Below are positions 1 through 9,887 of a stretch of 54,593 nucleotides of DNA, piece by piece. The notes below the pieces were generated by a model. The model saw only the letters and a program-made list of their open reading frames with translations, made no database searches and had not been told where the DNA came from. The DNA lies in the NCBI GenBank assembly GCA_964514585.1, contig CAZETU010000001.1, positions 289,409 through 344,001 on the forward strand. Reading direction: 5' to 3'. Position numbers and translations under genes: made by a program. Source of the DNA: Candidatus Woesearchaeota archaeon. GTDB lineage: Archaea > Nanobdellota > Nanobdellia > Pacearchaeales > GW2011-AR1. Within the stretch, counting starts at the first letter, position 1; every line of letters begins with the position of its first letter.

Positions 1-72
1 ATCCAAAACACTTAGCTCACCAGAGATACCTACTGGGTAAAAACTCGTTTTTAAGAACATCCAAAACACTTA
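1..72. repeat. 14-bp direct repeat (1-14, 59-72) flanking a segment that carries a 21-bp motif also found at 40508-40528
   Basis: ATCCAAAACACTTA twice; TTAGCTCACCAGAGATACCTA at 12-32 and 40508-40528. Confidence 0.75.
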
Positions 73-97
73 AAAACCAATTTTTACCACTATATTT

Positions 98-352
98 ATG
101 GAAATCAAAGTTCTAAACGAAGATAAGACTTCAATGGACATCGAAATAGACAGCTTGACTATCGCAGAAGTCTTAAGAGCGTATTTGAACAAACAGGGAG
201 TAAAACTGGCAGCATGGAGAAGAGATCATCCTACAAAAAACCCAGTTCTACACATCGAAGGAGACAATCCAAAGAAACTCCTTAAAGCTGCAATTGCAGA
301 TCTCGAAAAAGAAATTGACAAAGCAGTTGATGAATTCAAAAAGTTAAAGTAA
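98..352 (+). CDS. rpoL: DNA-directed RNA polymerase subunit L (Rpo11)
   Basis: 84 aa; 'SLTIAEVLRAYL...AAWRRDHPT..PVLHI' matches the RpoL/RPB11 pattern. Confidence 0.85.
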   Translation: MEIKVLNEDKTSMDIEIDSLTIAEVLRAYLNKQGVKLAAWRRDHPTKNPVLHIEGDNPKKLLKAAIADLEKEIDKAVDEFKKLK

Positions 353-397
353 GTCTATCGCAACAATCCTTTTAACCAACTCATCCCTTGCTGACAC

Positions 398-1138
398 ATG
401 ATAAAAGAACTAAGAATATCAGCAGGTAATTTTGAACTAAACAAATTTCTTTCCGGCGGTTACGAAACAGACATAATCACAACAATCTACGGACCAGGCG
501 GCTCAGGCAAATCAAACTTCTGCATGATTGCAGCAACGTCCCAAGCAAGAAAAGGAAATAAAGTTATATTCATAGACACCGAAGGCGGCTTCTCAGTAGA
601 CAGATTCAAACAAATACATCAAGGCGAAAAATTAGAAATCGAAGACAGCCTCCAAAACATTCTCCTCCTAAAACCAACCTCATTCGTCGAGCAAGAAAAA
701 GCTTTCGATCAAATGCTCGTTCATCTAAAAAACAAAAGCATCTCCTTAATTATTATCGACTCAATCGCAATGCTCTACAGACTAGAACTAGGAGAAGCAA
801 TCGGATCAAAAGATTCAAAAAAAATATCAGCAGTAAATAGAAAACTAGCAAACCAACTCCGAACCCTAAACGAAATCGCCAGAAAACAAAATATTCCAGT
901 CATCGTAACAAACCAAGTATACTCTTCATTTTCCCCAAACATCGAAGACAAAAAATTCGAAAAACAAGTTTCAATGGTCGGCGGCGATCTCTTAAAATAT
1001 TGGAGCAAATGCCTAATCGAACTCCAAACTCATTCTGGCAGAAGGAAGCTAATTCTCAAAAAACACAGAAGCTTACCCATTAAAGAATTGGCATTCGAAA
1101 TCATCAACACAGGAATCAGAAAACGAGGATTATTCTAA
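398..1138 (+). CDS. radB: DNA repair and recombination protein RadB
   Basis: Walker A GPGGSGKS, IDTEGGFS, Walker B IIIDS, VIVTNQV and the RadB basic patch KHRS. Confidence 0.92.
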   Translation: MIKELRISAGNFELNKFLSGGYETDIITTIYGPGGSGKSNFCMIAATSQARKGNKVIFIDTEGGFSVDRFKQIHQGEKLEIEDSLQNILLLKPTSFVEQEKAFDQMLVHLKNKSISLIIIDSIAMLYRLELGEAIGSKDSKKISAVNRKLANQLRTLNEIARKQNIPVIVTNQVYSSFSPNIEDKKFEKQVSMVGGDLLKYWSKCLIELQTHSGRRKLILKKHRSLPIKELAFEIINTGIRKRGLF

Positions 1139-1542
1139 CCACACAAAGCACAATAATCATCTATAGAAAAACTTCTAAAATCAGAAAGAATTATTCTTTC
1201 TTTGCGCCCAGAGTCTTCCTCCATCTCATTACACAACCTATAGCAGTTCCCCATGCTTAACCTTTGAAAAGCAGGAGGAATAGTCACCTTCTTATGTTCG
1301 ACACCTCTAAGCTCAACAATTATTCCCCTAACAACATCCGGCCTAGAAGTACATCTTTCAACAATTTCCCCTTCGTCACCACGATAAACAATAACATTTA
1401 CAACTCCAGAATTTTTCCACCTGCCATAATTATCAACAATATAATCAACAAGAGAAGCCTTTTGCCCCTCACTTTGTGGAAGTTCAAAATCACCAACTCT
1501 ATTCGCAACACCTTCCTCAACATAAGCCGTCTCTAAGCTCAT
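1135..1542 (-). CDS. hypothetical protein
   Basis: 135-aa ORF filling the gap between radB and topA; TTTATAAA box about 22 nt upstream; no recognised motif. Confidence 0.6.
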   Translation of the reverse strand: MSLETAYVEEGVANRVGDFELPQSEGQKASLVDYIVDNYGRWKNSGVVNVIVYRGDEGEIVERCTSRPDVVRGIIVELRGVEHKKVTIPPAFQRLSMGNCYRLCNEMEEDSGRKERIILSDFRSFSIDDYCALCG

Positions 1543-1585
1543 GAGAAATATAAAGTAATTTAATCTTTATAAAAACTATTACACT

Positions 1586-3847
1586 CTATTTCTTACTTTT
1601 CTTCTTAGCAACCTTCTTCTTAGCAACCTTCTTCTCTTCCTTGCCGTGATCAATAACTTTCCCATCTTTATCAACTTCAATCTCCCCACTCTTCAACTTC
1701 GCCTTAAACTCCTCTTTCTTTTTCTGCAACTCTTCATTCGACGGACACTTAGGATTAAAACAAAATTTCCAAGGAGCTCGACCCCTCTGAAAACTCTGCA
1801 CTAAAGGAAATCCACACTCCGCACACATCTCCAAATCATCTTCTTTTTTCCCAGCTTCCTCAGCAGCCTTTTTGCTCAGCCGAGCCGGCTTCATCATTCC
1901 CTTAGGCGGCAAACTATAAATCGTCTTGCAATCAGGATAAGCATCACACGAAACAAAATACCTCGAAAACCGCTTTCCATACATAACCCTCAACTTCCCC
2001 TTATGACAAACAGGACACTCCGTCATCGTATTCGCCTCTTTCTCTTCCTCCCAAACAATCGCGTTAGCATCAGCCAAACTCTTCCCCATAGCATCCATAT
2101 GCTTAGTCATCCCCTCGGCAATCTTCGTCACAACTTTCTTCGCATGTCCCAAAATTTTATCCTCTTCTTTCTTCAGTACTTCCATCTCTTTCTTTTTACC
2201 ATCCTTAGTAGAATCACTCATCTCAATCTCATCCAATTCCTTAGTCATCTCCCGAGTCAATTCCTCATCCAAAATAATCGGCGAGTACTTTTCCAAAGTC
2301 TCAGTCATCCTCATCCCGAGCTCAGTCACCTCGATACTCTTATCCCGTACATAACCCCTCGAATACAAAGTCTCAACAATCGAAGCCCGAGTCGCCTTAG
2401 TCCCAAGCTCACGCTTCTCCAACTCCTTAACTAATGAAGCAGCAGAATATCTTCTCGGAGGCTTAGTCTCCTTTTCTTCAGTCCGAATCTCCAAGACATC
2501 AACTTCACCATCAACAGTGGGCACCTTTGACTCCTTAATCGAAGACGGATAAACATGTATCCAACCCTTTTCCTTAATCTGAACACCCTTTGTCCCAAAC
2601 TTCAAACCGCCAACGTCAACCTTGATGTGTTTATTCTCAACCCTAGCAGACTCACAAAAACACGAAATAAATCTCTTAACAATCAAATCATAAATCCTCT
2701 TATCTCCTTCGTTAATCTTCTTCATCTCGCCAGTCGGATAAATCGCCGGATGCGCAGGATCTTCCTTCGCTCCCTCAGTCGGTTTCTTATTAACAGCATA
2801 CTTAACCTGCGTAGTAAACTTCTTCAACCGCTTCAAAATCTTATCATACCCAATAGAAGCCGGATACTTCTGACTCGAAGTTCTAGGATAAGAAATAATC
2901 CCAGCCAAATACAAACTCTGCGCTGCCCTCAAAGTCTGAGTCGGGGTATACCCACAATTCTTATACGCCTCAGTCTGCAAAGTTGTCAAGTCAAAAGGTG
3001 TAGGGGCCTTAACCTCTTCCTCCTTAATCGTCGTCATAGCCTGGCCCTTCTTCCCCTGCAAATGCTTAAACTTCAACAACTCACCCTTCTTGAAAATATC
3101 CTTAGGATGCTTAACCTCAATCTGTTGCCCCTTAATATCCTTAACCTGCAAAAAAATCTGCCAATAAGGCTCACTCTTAAAATCATTAATCTCCGTCTCC
3201 CTATCAGCAACAATTTTCAAAGCAGGTCCCTGAACCCTACCAATAGACAAAATTCTAAAAGTCCCTGTCGAGCTCAAAGCCTTCATCAAACCCCGCGACA
3301 AATTAATCCCATAAAACCAATCAATATAATGCCGAGTTTCCCCTGCTATAGCAGCACCCCAATTAATCGTCGGCAATAAGTTTTCAAACGATTCATCCAA
3401 AGCCTCCTTAGTCAACAAAGAAAACTTCATCCTCTTCGCGTCCTTCTGATTACAAACAAACCGCACAACATTCCAACCAATAACCTCACCCTCAACATCA
3501 AAGTCCGTCGCAACAATAAACTCATCAGCCTCCTTCGCCAACTTCTTCAAAACATTCAAATACTTCTTCGTAAAAGCACTCCTCCCCTTCTGATAAGACG
3601 GTTGCCACTCAACTTCAAAATTAGGAAACGGCCCTCTCTTCGCAACCTGTTGAATCCCATACAAATGACCAACCGCACATCCAACAATATATCTTCGCGA
3701 TCCCTTATGAAACTCATAATAAGAAACCTTATCCTTGTTTGTAATTTTCTCATCGGTAGCACCAGACAAAGCCGCCGCTATTTTAGCCGCAGCCTGAGGT
3801 TTTTCCGTAATAATCAATGTTGTGTTCTTGTCTTTTTTATTCGCCAT
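1586..3847 (-). CDS. topA: DNA topoisomerase I (type IA) with C-terminal zinc ribbons and Lys-rich tail
   Basis: TOPRIM 'LIITEKP', 'ATDFDVEGE', 'SIGRVQGP', active site 'ISYPRT'; CxxC motifs at the C-terminus; ATG at 3847 preferred over the upstream TTG. Confidence 0.97.
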   Translation of the reverse strand: MANKKDKNTTLIITEKPQAAAKIAAALSGATDEKITNKDKVSYYEFHKGSRRYIVGCAVGHLYGIQQVAKRGPFPNFEVEWQPSYQKGRSAFTKKYLNVLKKLAKEADEFIVATDFDVEGEVIGWNVVRFVCNQKDAKRMKFSLLTKEALDESFENLLPTINWGAAIAGETRHYIDWFYGINLSRGLMKALSSTGTFRILSIGRVQGPALKIVADRETEINDFKSEPYWQIFLQVKDIKGQQIEVKHPKDIFKKGELLKFKHLQGKKGQAMTTIKEEEVKAPTPFDLTTLQTEAYKNCGYTPTQTLRAAQSLYLAGIISYPRTSSQKYPASIGYDKILKRLKKFTTQVKYAVNKKPTEGAKEDPAHPAIYPTGEMKKINEGDKRIYDLIVKRFISCFCESARVENKHIKVDVGGLKFGTKGVQIKEKGWIHVYPSSIKESKVPTVDGEVDVLEIRTEEKETKPPRRYSAASLVKELEKRELGTKATRASIVETLYSRGYVRDKSIEVTELGMRMTETLEKYSPIILDEELTREMTKELDEIEMSDSTKDGKKKEMEVLKKEEDKILGHAKKVVTKIAEGMTKHMDAMGKSLADANAIVWEEEKEANTMTECPVCHKGKLRVMYGKRFSRYFVSCDAYPDCKTIYSLPPKGMMKPARLSKKAAEEAGKKEDDLEMCAECGFPLVQSFQRGRAPWKFCFNPKCPSNEELQKKKEEFKAKLKSGEIEVDKDGKVIDHGKEEKKVAKKKVAKKKSKK

Positions 3848-3908
3848 TAGTAATAACAAAGTCTCCTACTATAATAACGTTACGCACAAAATAGCACTTT
3901 AAAGTTTT

Positions 3909-4751
3909 CTATTTAACTTTCCCCAACTCATCCAATCGCTTCTTACTCCCAATCGCTCCAGAAAACATCTTCCAAAAAACCCGACTCATCCACTCACCCC
4001 AATCCTTATCTTTAATTGTATAAAATATAATTAATTTTTTTTCCAGTTCCCTTCTTGAATCAGGAATTCGGACCTCTTTCATATTGACAATTTCTCCATC
4101 AACAACCGTGATTCTCAAGGGTTGCTCTCGATGCCGAATCTCAATTAATTCCTTCCCATACTTATAATTCAGGGCCAAAACCCTTTCAATATTTTCATTT
4201 CCAACAAAATCGACCCGACAAATAATCTTAATACTAATTCCTCGAGCAATCAATTTTTCAATCTCATTAAAAATATCTATCCCCTTATCTTTAAAATTAA
4301 CAAAAGAGAGATTACCAGAGAAAAATAATATTTGTTTTTTTGCAGATCTAAGCAACTTTGCAAATACTTCTAACTTCCCAACTTTAACCTCGTTTTCTGC
4401 AAAAGCTTTCGAAACTTCTTTTTTACTATCACTAACATGCTGAAAAATATCAAAAGCCATAAAATCACTTCTCCCTCTACCATTCATAATAATATTCTCC
4501 AACTCCTCCTGGAAAACAGAATGACTAGCCTTCTCAATACTCGCCCAATAAACAATCTTCAAAGCCCCCCGCGTCCCCTCTCTAAAAACTCGTTTCCCTA
4601 AAGTCCCATACTCACTAATAATCTCTTCGACATATCTATCCGCCGTTCTCCAATTCTTATTCAAGTGCCCAGCAATTTCCTGAATACTTCTCGGTTTACT
4701 ATAAACAAAATCCTCAATTTTTTTCACAATCTCATTATTCAACATAAACAA
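3909..4751 (-). CDS. HTH-domain protein, putative transcriptional regulator with TrmB-like C-terminal region
   Basis: N-terminal HTH-like 'PRSIQEIAGHLNKNWRTADRYV'; C-terminal 'LRITVVDGEIV' resembles the TrmB effector domain. Confidence 0.55.
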   Translation of the reverse strand: MFMLNNEIVKKIEDFVYSKPRSIQEIAGHLNKNWRTADRYVEEIISEYGTLGKRVFREGTRGALKIVYWASIEKASHSVFQEELENIIMNGRGRSDFMAFDIFQHVSDSKKEVSKAFAENEVKVGKLEVFAKLLRSAKKQILFFSGNLSFVNFKDKGIDIFNEIEKLIARGISIKIICRVDFVGNENIERVLALNYKYGKELIEIRHREQPLRITVVDGEIVNMKEVRIPDSRRELEKKLIIFYTIKDKDWGEWMSRVFWKMFSGAIGSKKRLDELGKVK

Positions 4752-4868
4752 TCATGCCAACCAAACTATTTAAATTTATACAACACTGCGGACAAATTTT
4801 ACACAGTAAATGTCATATAAAATACAACTCATAATAATACTATGGAAGACAATGGAGGCAAACGAACA

Positions 4869-4961
4869 ATGGAGGTCAAAATAATATACGACGCAACAGA
4901 ACTTTTCAAAAGAGCACAAGAAGACATTCTCAACGGAGAGTTCTATGTCTACTCGGCGTAA
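4869..4961 (+). CDS. small protein (30 aa), not in the ORF track
   Basis: MEVKIIYDATELFKRAQEDILNGEFYVYSA*, preceded by a GGAGG Shine-Dalgarno about 10 nt upstream; alternative in-frame ATG at 4842. Confidence 0.55.
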   Translation: MEVKIIYDATELFKRAQEDILNGEFYVYSA

Positions 4962-4964
4962 TTC

Positions 4965-5642
4965 ATGAAAAAATCAAATATCACGATTTATCCAGCAGCC
5001 GCATTATTTAACGGAAGGTCTACCTACTTTAATCAAGCCCTGGTTCAAGGACTAGAAGAAAAAGGATATAGAACAAATTTTCCCCAAAGAGATGGATTCG
5101 AATTCGGAAATCTTCACGAAGCACTAAGGGGCGAATTGCCAGAATCAGAAATACCCTCAGCAGTCGAAAATATAATTTACTATTTAGATATGGGCGTATT
5201 CATTCCACAATCCCACGTAATCGTAGCAAACCTAGACGAGCCACAAGACGAAGGAGTATTGGTAGAATTAGCCCACGCAAAAAACATACACAAACACACC
5301 ATAGGATTCAGAACAGATGTAAGGAGCCCGTACGGATCATCGATAGACAATTTCGGCGGTATGCATTTTTTTCCAGCCTTGTATTTATGTGATACATTTA
5401 TCTCCCACCACATGCCGTGCCAAACACCACAAGACACCAGGTCACAAATGCAGGGATTAGTCGACAAAATTGATGAGGAGATATCACGGCAAGATTTCAA
5501 ACCAATAACTCCAATAACAGACAACATTTTATTCTCAGGAATTGAAGACATACATTCCTCAGAAGGATTAGAAGAATTAGTCACAAGATATATTTCAAAC
5601 AAAGATAAAATAGCATCATATGGACCAAAAATAATCAGATAA
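4965..5642 (+). CDS. nucleoside 2-deoxyribosyltransferase (NDT) family protein
   Basis: 'IYPAAALFN', 'FPQRDG', 'YYLDM', 'DEGVLVELAHA' match NDT/N-glycosidase motifs, including the catalytic Glu. Confidence 0.75.
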   Translation: MKKSNITIYPAAALFNGRSTYFNQALVQGLEEKGYRTNFPQRDGFEFGNLHEALRGELPESEIPSAVENIIYYLDMGVFIPQSHVIVANLDEPQDEGVLVELAHAKNIHKHTIGFRTDVRSPYGSSIDNFGGMHFFPALYLCDTFISHHMPCQTPQDTRSQMQGLVDKIDEEISRQDFKPITPITDNILFSGIEDIHSSEGLEELVTRYISNKDKIASYGPKIIR

Positions 5643-5650
5643 ATTTTTAT

Positions 5651-6244
5651 CTAAATCTCCAAAATCTTCCCACGTCGCCCGACCTGAACAACTCGAGTCT
5701 TCCCAATCTTATCCTCAATACCTTCGCCTTCATGAATGTGCGCAGAAATTAACAAGTCGGGCTCAAAATCTTTAACAGCCTTTCTCAAGACATCATCCCC
5801 AAGTATACCAGAAAACTCAGCCTTTGTCCCACGAGCGTGCAAATGCGAAACCAAAATTTTCTTCGCCGGCTTCATCCTCTCAAAATTCTTCTTTATCGAA
5901 ACCAAATCCCCATCATCCAACGACAACTTCCAATTCGGACTCCCAATCCCCGCAATTCCAACATCCTTATACGTCACATAATAATTATGAATATCCCGCC
6001 CCTTCTTAGACAAAACCACCCTCTCCTCATCAAAATCACAATTCCCCGGCACAAAAACCACCTTCTTTCCCACTTTCTCAAACGACTCCAAAATATTTTT
6101 ATCCCCCTCTCCATAACCATAAATATCCCCAGCCAAAACAACCAAATCAACCTTCTCATCCAAAGCCTTCTTCGACAACTTCCTCGCACTCTCAACACTA
6201 CCATGCAAATCCGCAGCCGCCAAAATTTTCAACTTCTTTACCAT
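5651..6244 (-). CDS. calcineurin-like metallophosphoesterase
   Basis: ADLHG, LAGD, PGNCD, VSH and SAHIHE motifs; start moved to MVKKLKIL (6244) to avoid overlap with valS. Confidence 0.9.
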   Translation of the reverse strand: MVKKLKILAAADLHGSVESARKLSKKALDEKVDLVVLAGDIYGYGEGDKNILESFEKVGKKVVFVPGNCDFDEERVVLSKKGRDIHNYYVTYKDVGIAGIGSPNWKLSLDDGDLVSIKKNFERMKPAKKILVSHLHARGTKAEFSGILGDDVLRKAVKDFEPDLLISAHIHEGEGIEDKIGKTRVVQVGRRGKILEI

Positions 6245-6292
6245 GCAGCACTCAATCAACACTTTTTTAAATAACTTACCGTTCCAACTATC

Positions 6293-8755
6293 ATGACAGA
6301 CAAACCCAAGAAGAAAGGCTACGATTTCACAGAAGTAGAGGCAAAAATCAAAGAATTCTGGGAAAAGGAAAAAATATTCAAAACTCAAATCAAAGATAAC
6401 ATCTACTCAATAGATACTCCCCCACCAACAGTCTCAGGAAAAATGCACATCGGCCACGCATTCTCATACGCCCAACAAGATTTCATCGCAAGATATCGAA
6501 GAATGAACGGAGGAGTTTTTTACCCATTCGGAACAGACGACAACGGTCTACCAACAGAACGGCTAGTAGAGAAACTAAAAAAAGTAAAAAGCAAAAACAT
6601 GAGTCGAACAGAATTCATAAAACTCTGTCTAAAAACAATAGAAGAAATAAGACCCGATTTTATAAACGACTGGAAAAATCTAGGAGTCAGCGCAGACTAT
6701 GACAAATGCTACTCAACAATCGACGACGAATCAAGAAAAATATCACAAAAAGGATTCTTAGATTTATACAAAAAGGGCGAAATCTACAAAAACAAATTTC
6801 CAACATTGTGGTGCCCAGAGTGCCAAACAGCAATCGCTCAGGCAGAATTAGAAGATAAAGAAAGGTCAACATATTTAGTATATATAAAAGCAAAAGTTGA
6901 AGACGGGTCTTTCATCATCTATGCAACAACAAGACCAGAACTACATCCAGGCTGCATCGGAATTTCAATTAACGAAAACGGACAATACGTAAAAGTAAAA
7001 TCAAATGGAGAATCTTGGATAATCAGCAAAGACGCATTAGAAAAAATGAAAGAAGAATTCGACTTAGAATTAGAAGAAGAATTTTTAGGAAAAGACATAA
7101 TCGGCAAAAAAGTAGAAATACCATATGCAGAACAAACAGTAGAAATCAACCATGACATTTCAGCAAAAACAGAATATGGAACAGGAGTTGTATACTATTG
7201 TAGCTATGGAGGACTAGACTGCGTCCAATGGCTAGGAAGACACCCAGAAGCAAAACCAATTCACGTCATGGATGAATCAGGTTCGTATACAAAAGGACTG
7301 TTCAAGGGATTGAAATCTCCAGAAGCAAGAGAGAAAATAATCGAACTTCTAGAAAAAGAAGGATCTCTAATCAAAAAAGAAAAAATGAATCACGCCGTAA
7401 ATACGCACGACAAATGCGGAACAGATATAGAATTCATAGCAACCCCACAATGGTTCATAAAATTAATGGACAAGAAAGATAAATTAATCAAACAAGGCAA
7501 CAAAGTTAAATGGTATCCAGAATACATGCACAAGAGATACGACAATTGGGTAAACGGCCTCGAATGGGACTGGAACATTTCTAGAAACAGACACTTCGGA
7601 ATTCCAATTCCTGCATGGGAATGTAAAGATTGTAATGAAATAATCATAGCAGAAGAAAAAGAACTCCCAATTGATCCACTTCAAACAAAAAAGTCTTGTC
7701 CTAAGTGTGGCAAAGAAGCAACTCCAGAAGTTATGGTTTTAGATACTTGGGCAACTTCCTCAATGAGTCCTAAAATCGCAAGCAATCTCGTAGGCGACAA
7801 AGTAAAACTACCATATTCTCTTCGTCCAAACGCTCACGACATAATCAGAACCTGGGCATTCTACACAATCACAAGAGCATATCTGCACGAAAATAAAATC
7901 CCATGGAAAGATATTGTAATCTCCGGAATAGTTTCCCTCAAAGGAGAAAAAATGTCCAAATCAAAAGGAAATGTAATCGACCCAAAAACAGTTTTAGAAA
8001 ACTACGGAGCAGACGCTCTTCGGTTCTGGGCAAGCGGATCAAAGCTCGGAAGCGACTTAGATTATCAAGAACAAGACTTAGTAGCCGGCAAAAAAACAGC
8101 GACAAAATTCTGGAACGCAACAAAATTTGTATTCATGAATCTCGAAGATTACGACGGCAAAACAAAACCAAAATCCCGCTTAGAAACAATTGACATAATC
8201 TTCCTAAATAAATTAAACCAATTAGTACAAACATGCACAGAATCATTCGAAAAATATGAATATAGTAAAGCAAAATTAGAAATCGAAAAATTCTTCTGGA
8301 AAGATTTCTGTGACAATTACTTAGAAATAGTCAAAAAGAGAATATACAATTCTCAAGGAGACGAAAAAATATCAGCACAGTATAGCCTATACAAATCATT
8401 GTTAACAATTACAAAACTCCTTTCTCCAATCATGCCATTCATAACTGAAGAAACCTATCAAACTTACTTCAAAAAAATTGAAAAAGGCAAATCAATCCAC
8501 ACTTCAAGCTGGCCAAAAGCAGAAGGCCAAATAAAAGAAATTCCATGCCATGCCGACTTCGATTCTTTCTCAGAAGTCCTATCACAAATAAGACAAGCGA
8601 AAACTGCCGCCCAAAAAGCAATGAACTCAGAAATCACTCTAACCCTTGAAAAAGATATAATCAAAAACTTGGGTGAAACTCTAAAAGACTTGCAAGAAGT
8701 TACCAACGCCAAAGAAATCAAAGAAGGCAAATTCAATGTAGCTTTTATCAATTAA
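6293..8755 (+). CDS. valS: valine--tRNA ligase
   Basis: 'DTPPPTVSGKMHIGH' (HIGH), KMSKS, 'DTWATSS', archaeal-type C-terminus. Confidence 0.96.
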   Translation: MTDKPKKKGYDFTEVEAKIKEFWEKEKIFKTQIKDNIYSIDTPPPTVSGKMHIGHAFSYAQQDFIARYRRMNGGVFYPFGTDDNGLPTERLVEKLKKVKSKNMSRTEFIKLCLKTIEEIRPDFINDWKNLGVSADYDKCYSTIDDESRKISQKGFLDLYKKGEIYKNKFPTLWCPECQTAIAQAELEDKERSTYLVYIKAKVEDGSFIIYATTRPELHPGCIGISINENGQYVKVKSNGESWIISKDALEKMKEEFDLELEEEFLGKDIIGKKVEIPYAEQTVEINHDISAKTEYGTGVVYYCSYGGLDCVQWLGRHPEAKPIHVMDESGSYTKGLFKGLKSPEAREKIIELLEKEGSLIKKEKMNHAVNTHDKCGTDIEFIATPQWFIKLMDKKDKLIKQGNKVKWYPEYMHKRYDNWVNGLEWDWNISRNRHFGIPIPAWECKDCNEIIIAEEKELPIDPLQTKKSCPKCGKEATPEVMVLDTWATSSMSPKIASNLVGDKVKLPYSLRPNAHDIIRTWAFYTITRAYLHENKIPWKDIVISGIVSLKGEKMSKSKGNVIDPKTVLENYGADALRFWASGSKLGSDLDYQEQDLVAGKKTATKFWNATKFVFMNLEDYDGKTKPKSRLETIDIIFLNKLNQLVQTCTESFEKYEYSKAKLEIEKFFWKDFCDNYLEIVKKRIYNSQGDEKISAQYSLYKSLLTITKLLSPIMPFITEETYQTYFKKIEKGKSIHTSSWPKAEGQIKEIPCHADFDSFSEVLSQIRQAKTAAQKAMNSEITLTLEKDIIKNLGETLKDLQEVTNAKEIKEGKFNVAFIN

Positions 8756-8792
8756 CCCAAACCTCTATAAATTAAATCTCTCTTCTATAAAC

Positions 8793-9887
8793 ATGGATGA
8801 AGCACAAAAATTCGAACTCGAAAGTTTAGTTGAAGAACTAGAAGGCTATCGCGGCAGACACACAGAACTCATTACAGTTATGGTCCCAGCAGGAGCTACA
8901 CTAACCCAAACAACAAAACAACTAGAAGACGAAAAAGGAACAGCAACAAACATCAAATCAACAGGAACAAGAAAAAACGTAATCAACGCACTTGAAAGAG
9001 CAATCAGAAAATTAAAAGAAATAGAAAGAACCCCGCCAAACGGCCTAGCAGTTTTTTCAGGAAATGTAGAAAAATCCGACGGCAAAGAATATTTAGAAGT
9101 CTGGGCAATCGAGCCACCAAAAAAACTCAAGATAAAAATTTACCGTTGTGACCAAACATTTGTTTTAGATCCTCTTAAAGAAATGCTTGATACCGACGAA
9201 GCATACGGGCTCCTAATCATCGAAAGAAACGAAGCATCTATCGGAATATTAGACGGCAAACACATAAAACTCTTGCAAAACATGACTTCAGGCATCCCAG
9301 GAAAAACAAGAGCCGGCGGACAGTCAGCTCAAAGATTCGCACGAATACGAGAATCAGCCGCAAAAGAATTCTTTAAGAGAGTAGCAGAAGCAATGAAAAA
9401 ACATTTCTGGGAAAATAAAAAACTCAAAGGAATCATAGTAGGGGGACCAATCCCAACAAAAGAAGAATTCCTAGATCAAGGCCAACTTGTAACAGCTCTA
9501 AAAAACAAGGTAATCGGAGTAAAAGACATAGGCGGAACAGGAATGCACGGACTTCACGAATTAGTAGAAAAGTCAGAAGATCTCCTGGCAGAACAAGAAA
9601 TGACAAAACAACGATTAATCCTAGACCTCTTCTTTGAAAAACTAGCCAAAGAACCAGAGAAAGTAGCATACGGAGAAGCCGAAGTCGAAAATCGATTAGC
9701 AAGGGGTGCAGTAGGAAAATTAATTATTTCAAAATCTCTTTCTAGAGAAAAAGTAAAGTTACTAGAAAAATCAGCAAAGGAATCATCAACAGAAATTCAC
9801 ATCGTCACAAAAGAAACCGCAGAAGGCGTCCAATTCGACAATTTAGGTGGAGTCGGCGGAATTCTAAGATTCGCAATTCATGACTAA
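8793..9887 (+). CDS. prf1: peptide chain release factor aRF1
   Basis: NIKS motif, 'YRCDQTF', GGQSA motif. Confidence 0.97.
   Translation: MDEAQKFELESLVEELEGYRGRHTELITVMVPAGATLTQTTKQLEDEKGTATNIKSTGTRKNVINALERAIRKLKEIERTPPNGLAVFSGNVEKSDGKEYLEVWAIEPPKKLKIKIYRCDQTFVLDPLKEMLDTDEAYGLLIIERNEASIGILDGKHIKLLQNMTSGIPGKTRAGGQSAQRFARIRESAAKEFFKRVAEAMKKHFWENKKLKGIIVGGPIPTKEEFLDQGQLVTALKNKVIGVKDIGGTGMHGLHELVEKSEDLLAEQEMTKQRLILDLFFEKLAKEPEKVAYGEAEVENRLARGAVGKLIISKSLSREKVKLLEKSAKESSTEIHIVTKETAEGVQFDNLGGVGGILRFAIHD

Noticed and set aside
1548-1560. TATAAAGTAATTT resembling the 23-bp cassette repeat
   Set aside because: Partial, in the opposite orientation to the local gene, and explained by promoter AT richness.
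1586-1640. Tandem repeat at the topA 3' end
   Set aside because: It simply encodes the Lys-rich KKVAKKKVAKKK tail.
2003-3379. Long plus-strand ORFs antisense to topA (likewise opposite mcm, cbf5, lig and serS)
   Set aside because: Shadow ORFs rich in Leu/Ile/Asn/Pro produced by the G/T-rich codon bias of the real minus-strand genes; no protein motifs.
5651-6388. N-terminal extensions in the ORF track (also 27919-28476, 26768-27115, 52877-53287, 21499-21849, 48550-48915)
   Set aside because: They overlap neighbouring genes or promoters; the recognisable domains begin at downstream Met codons.
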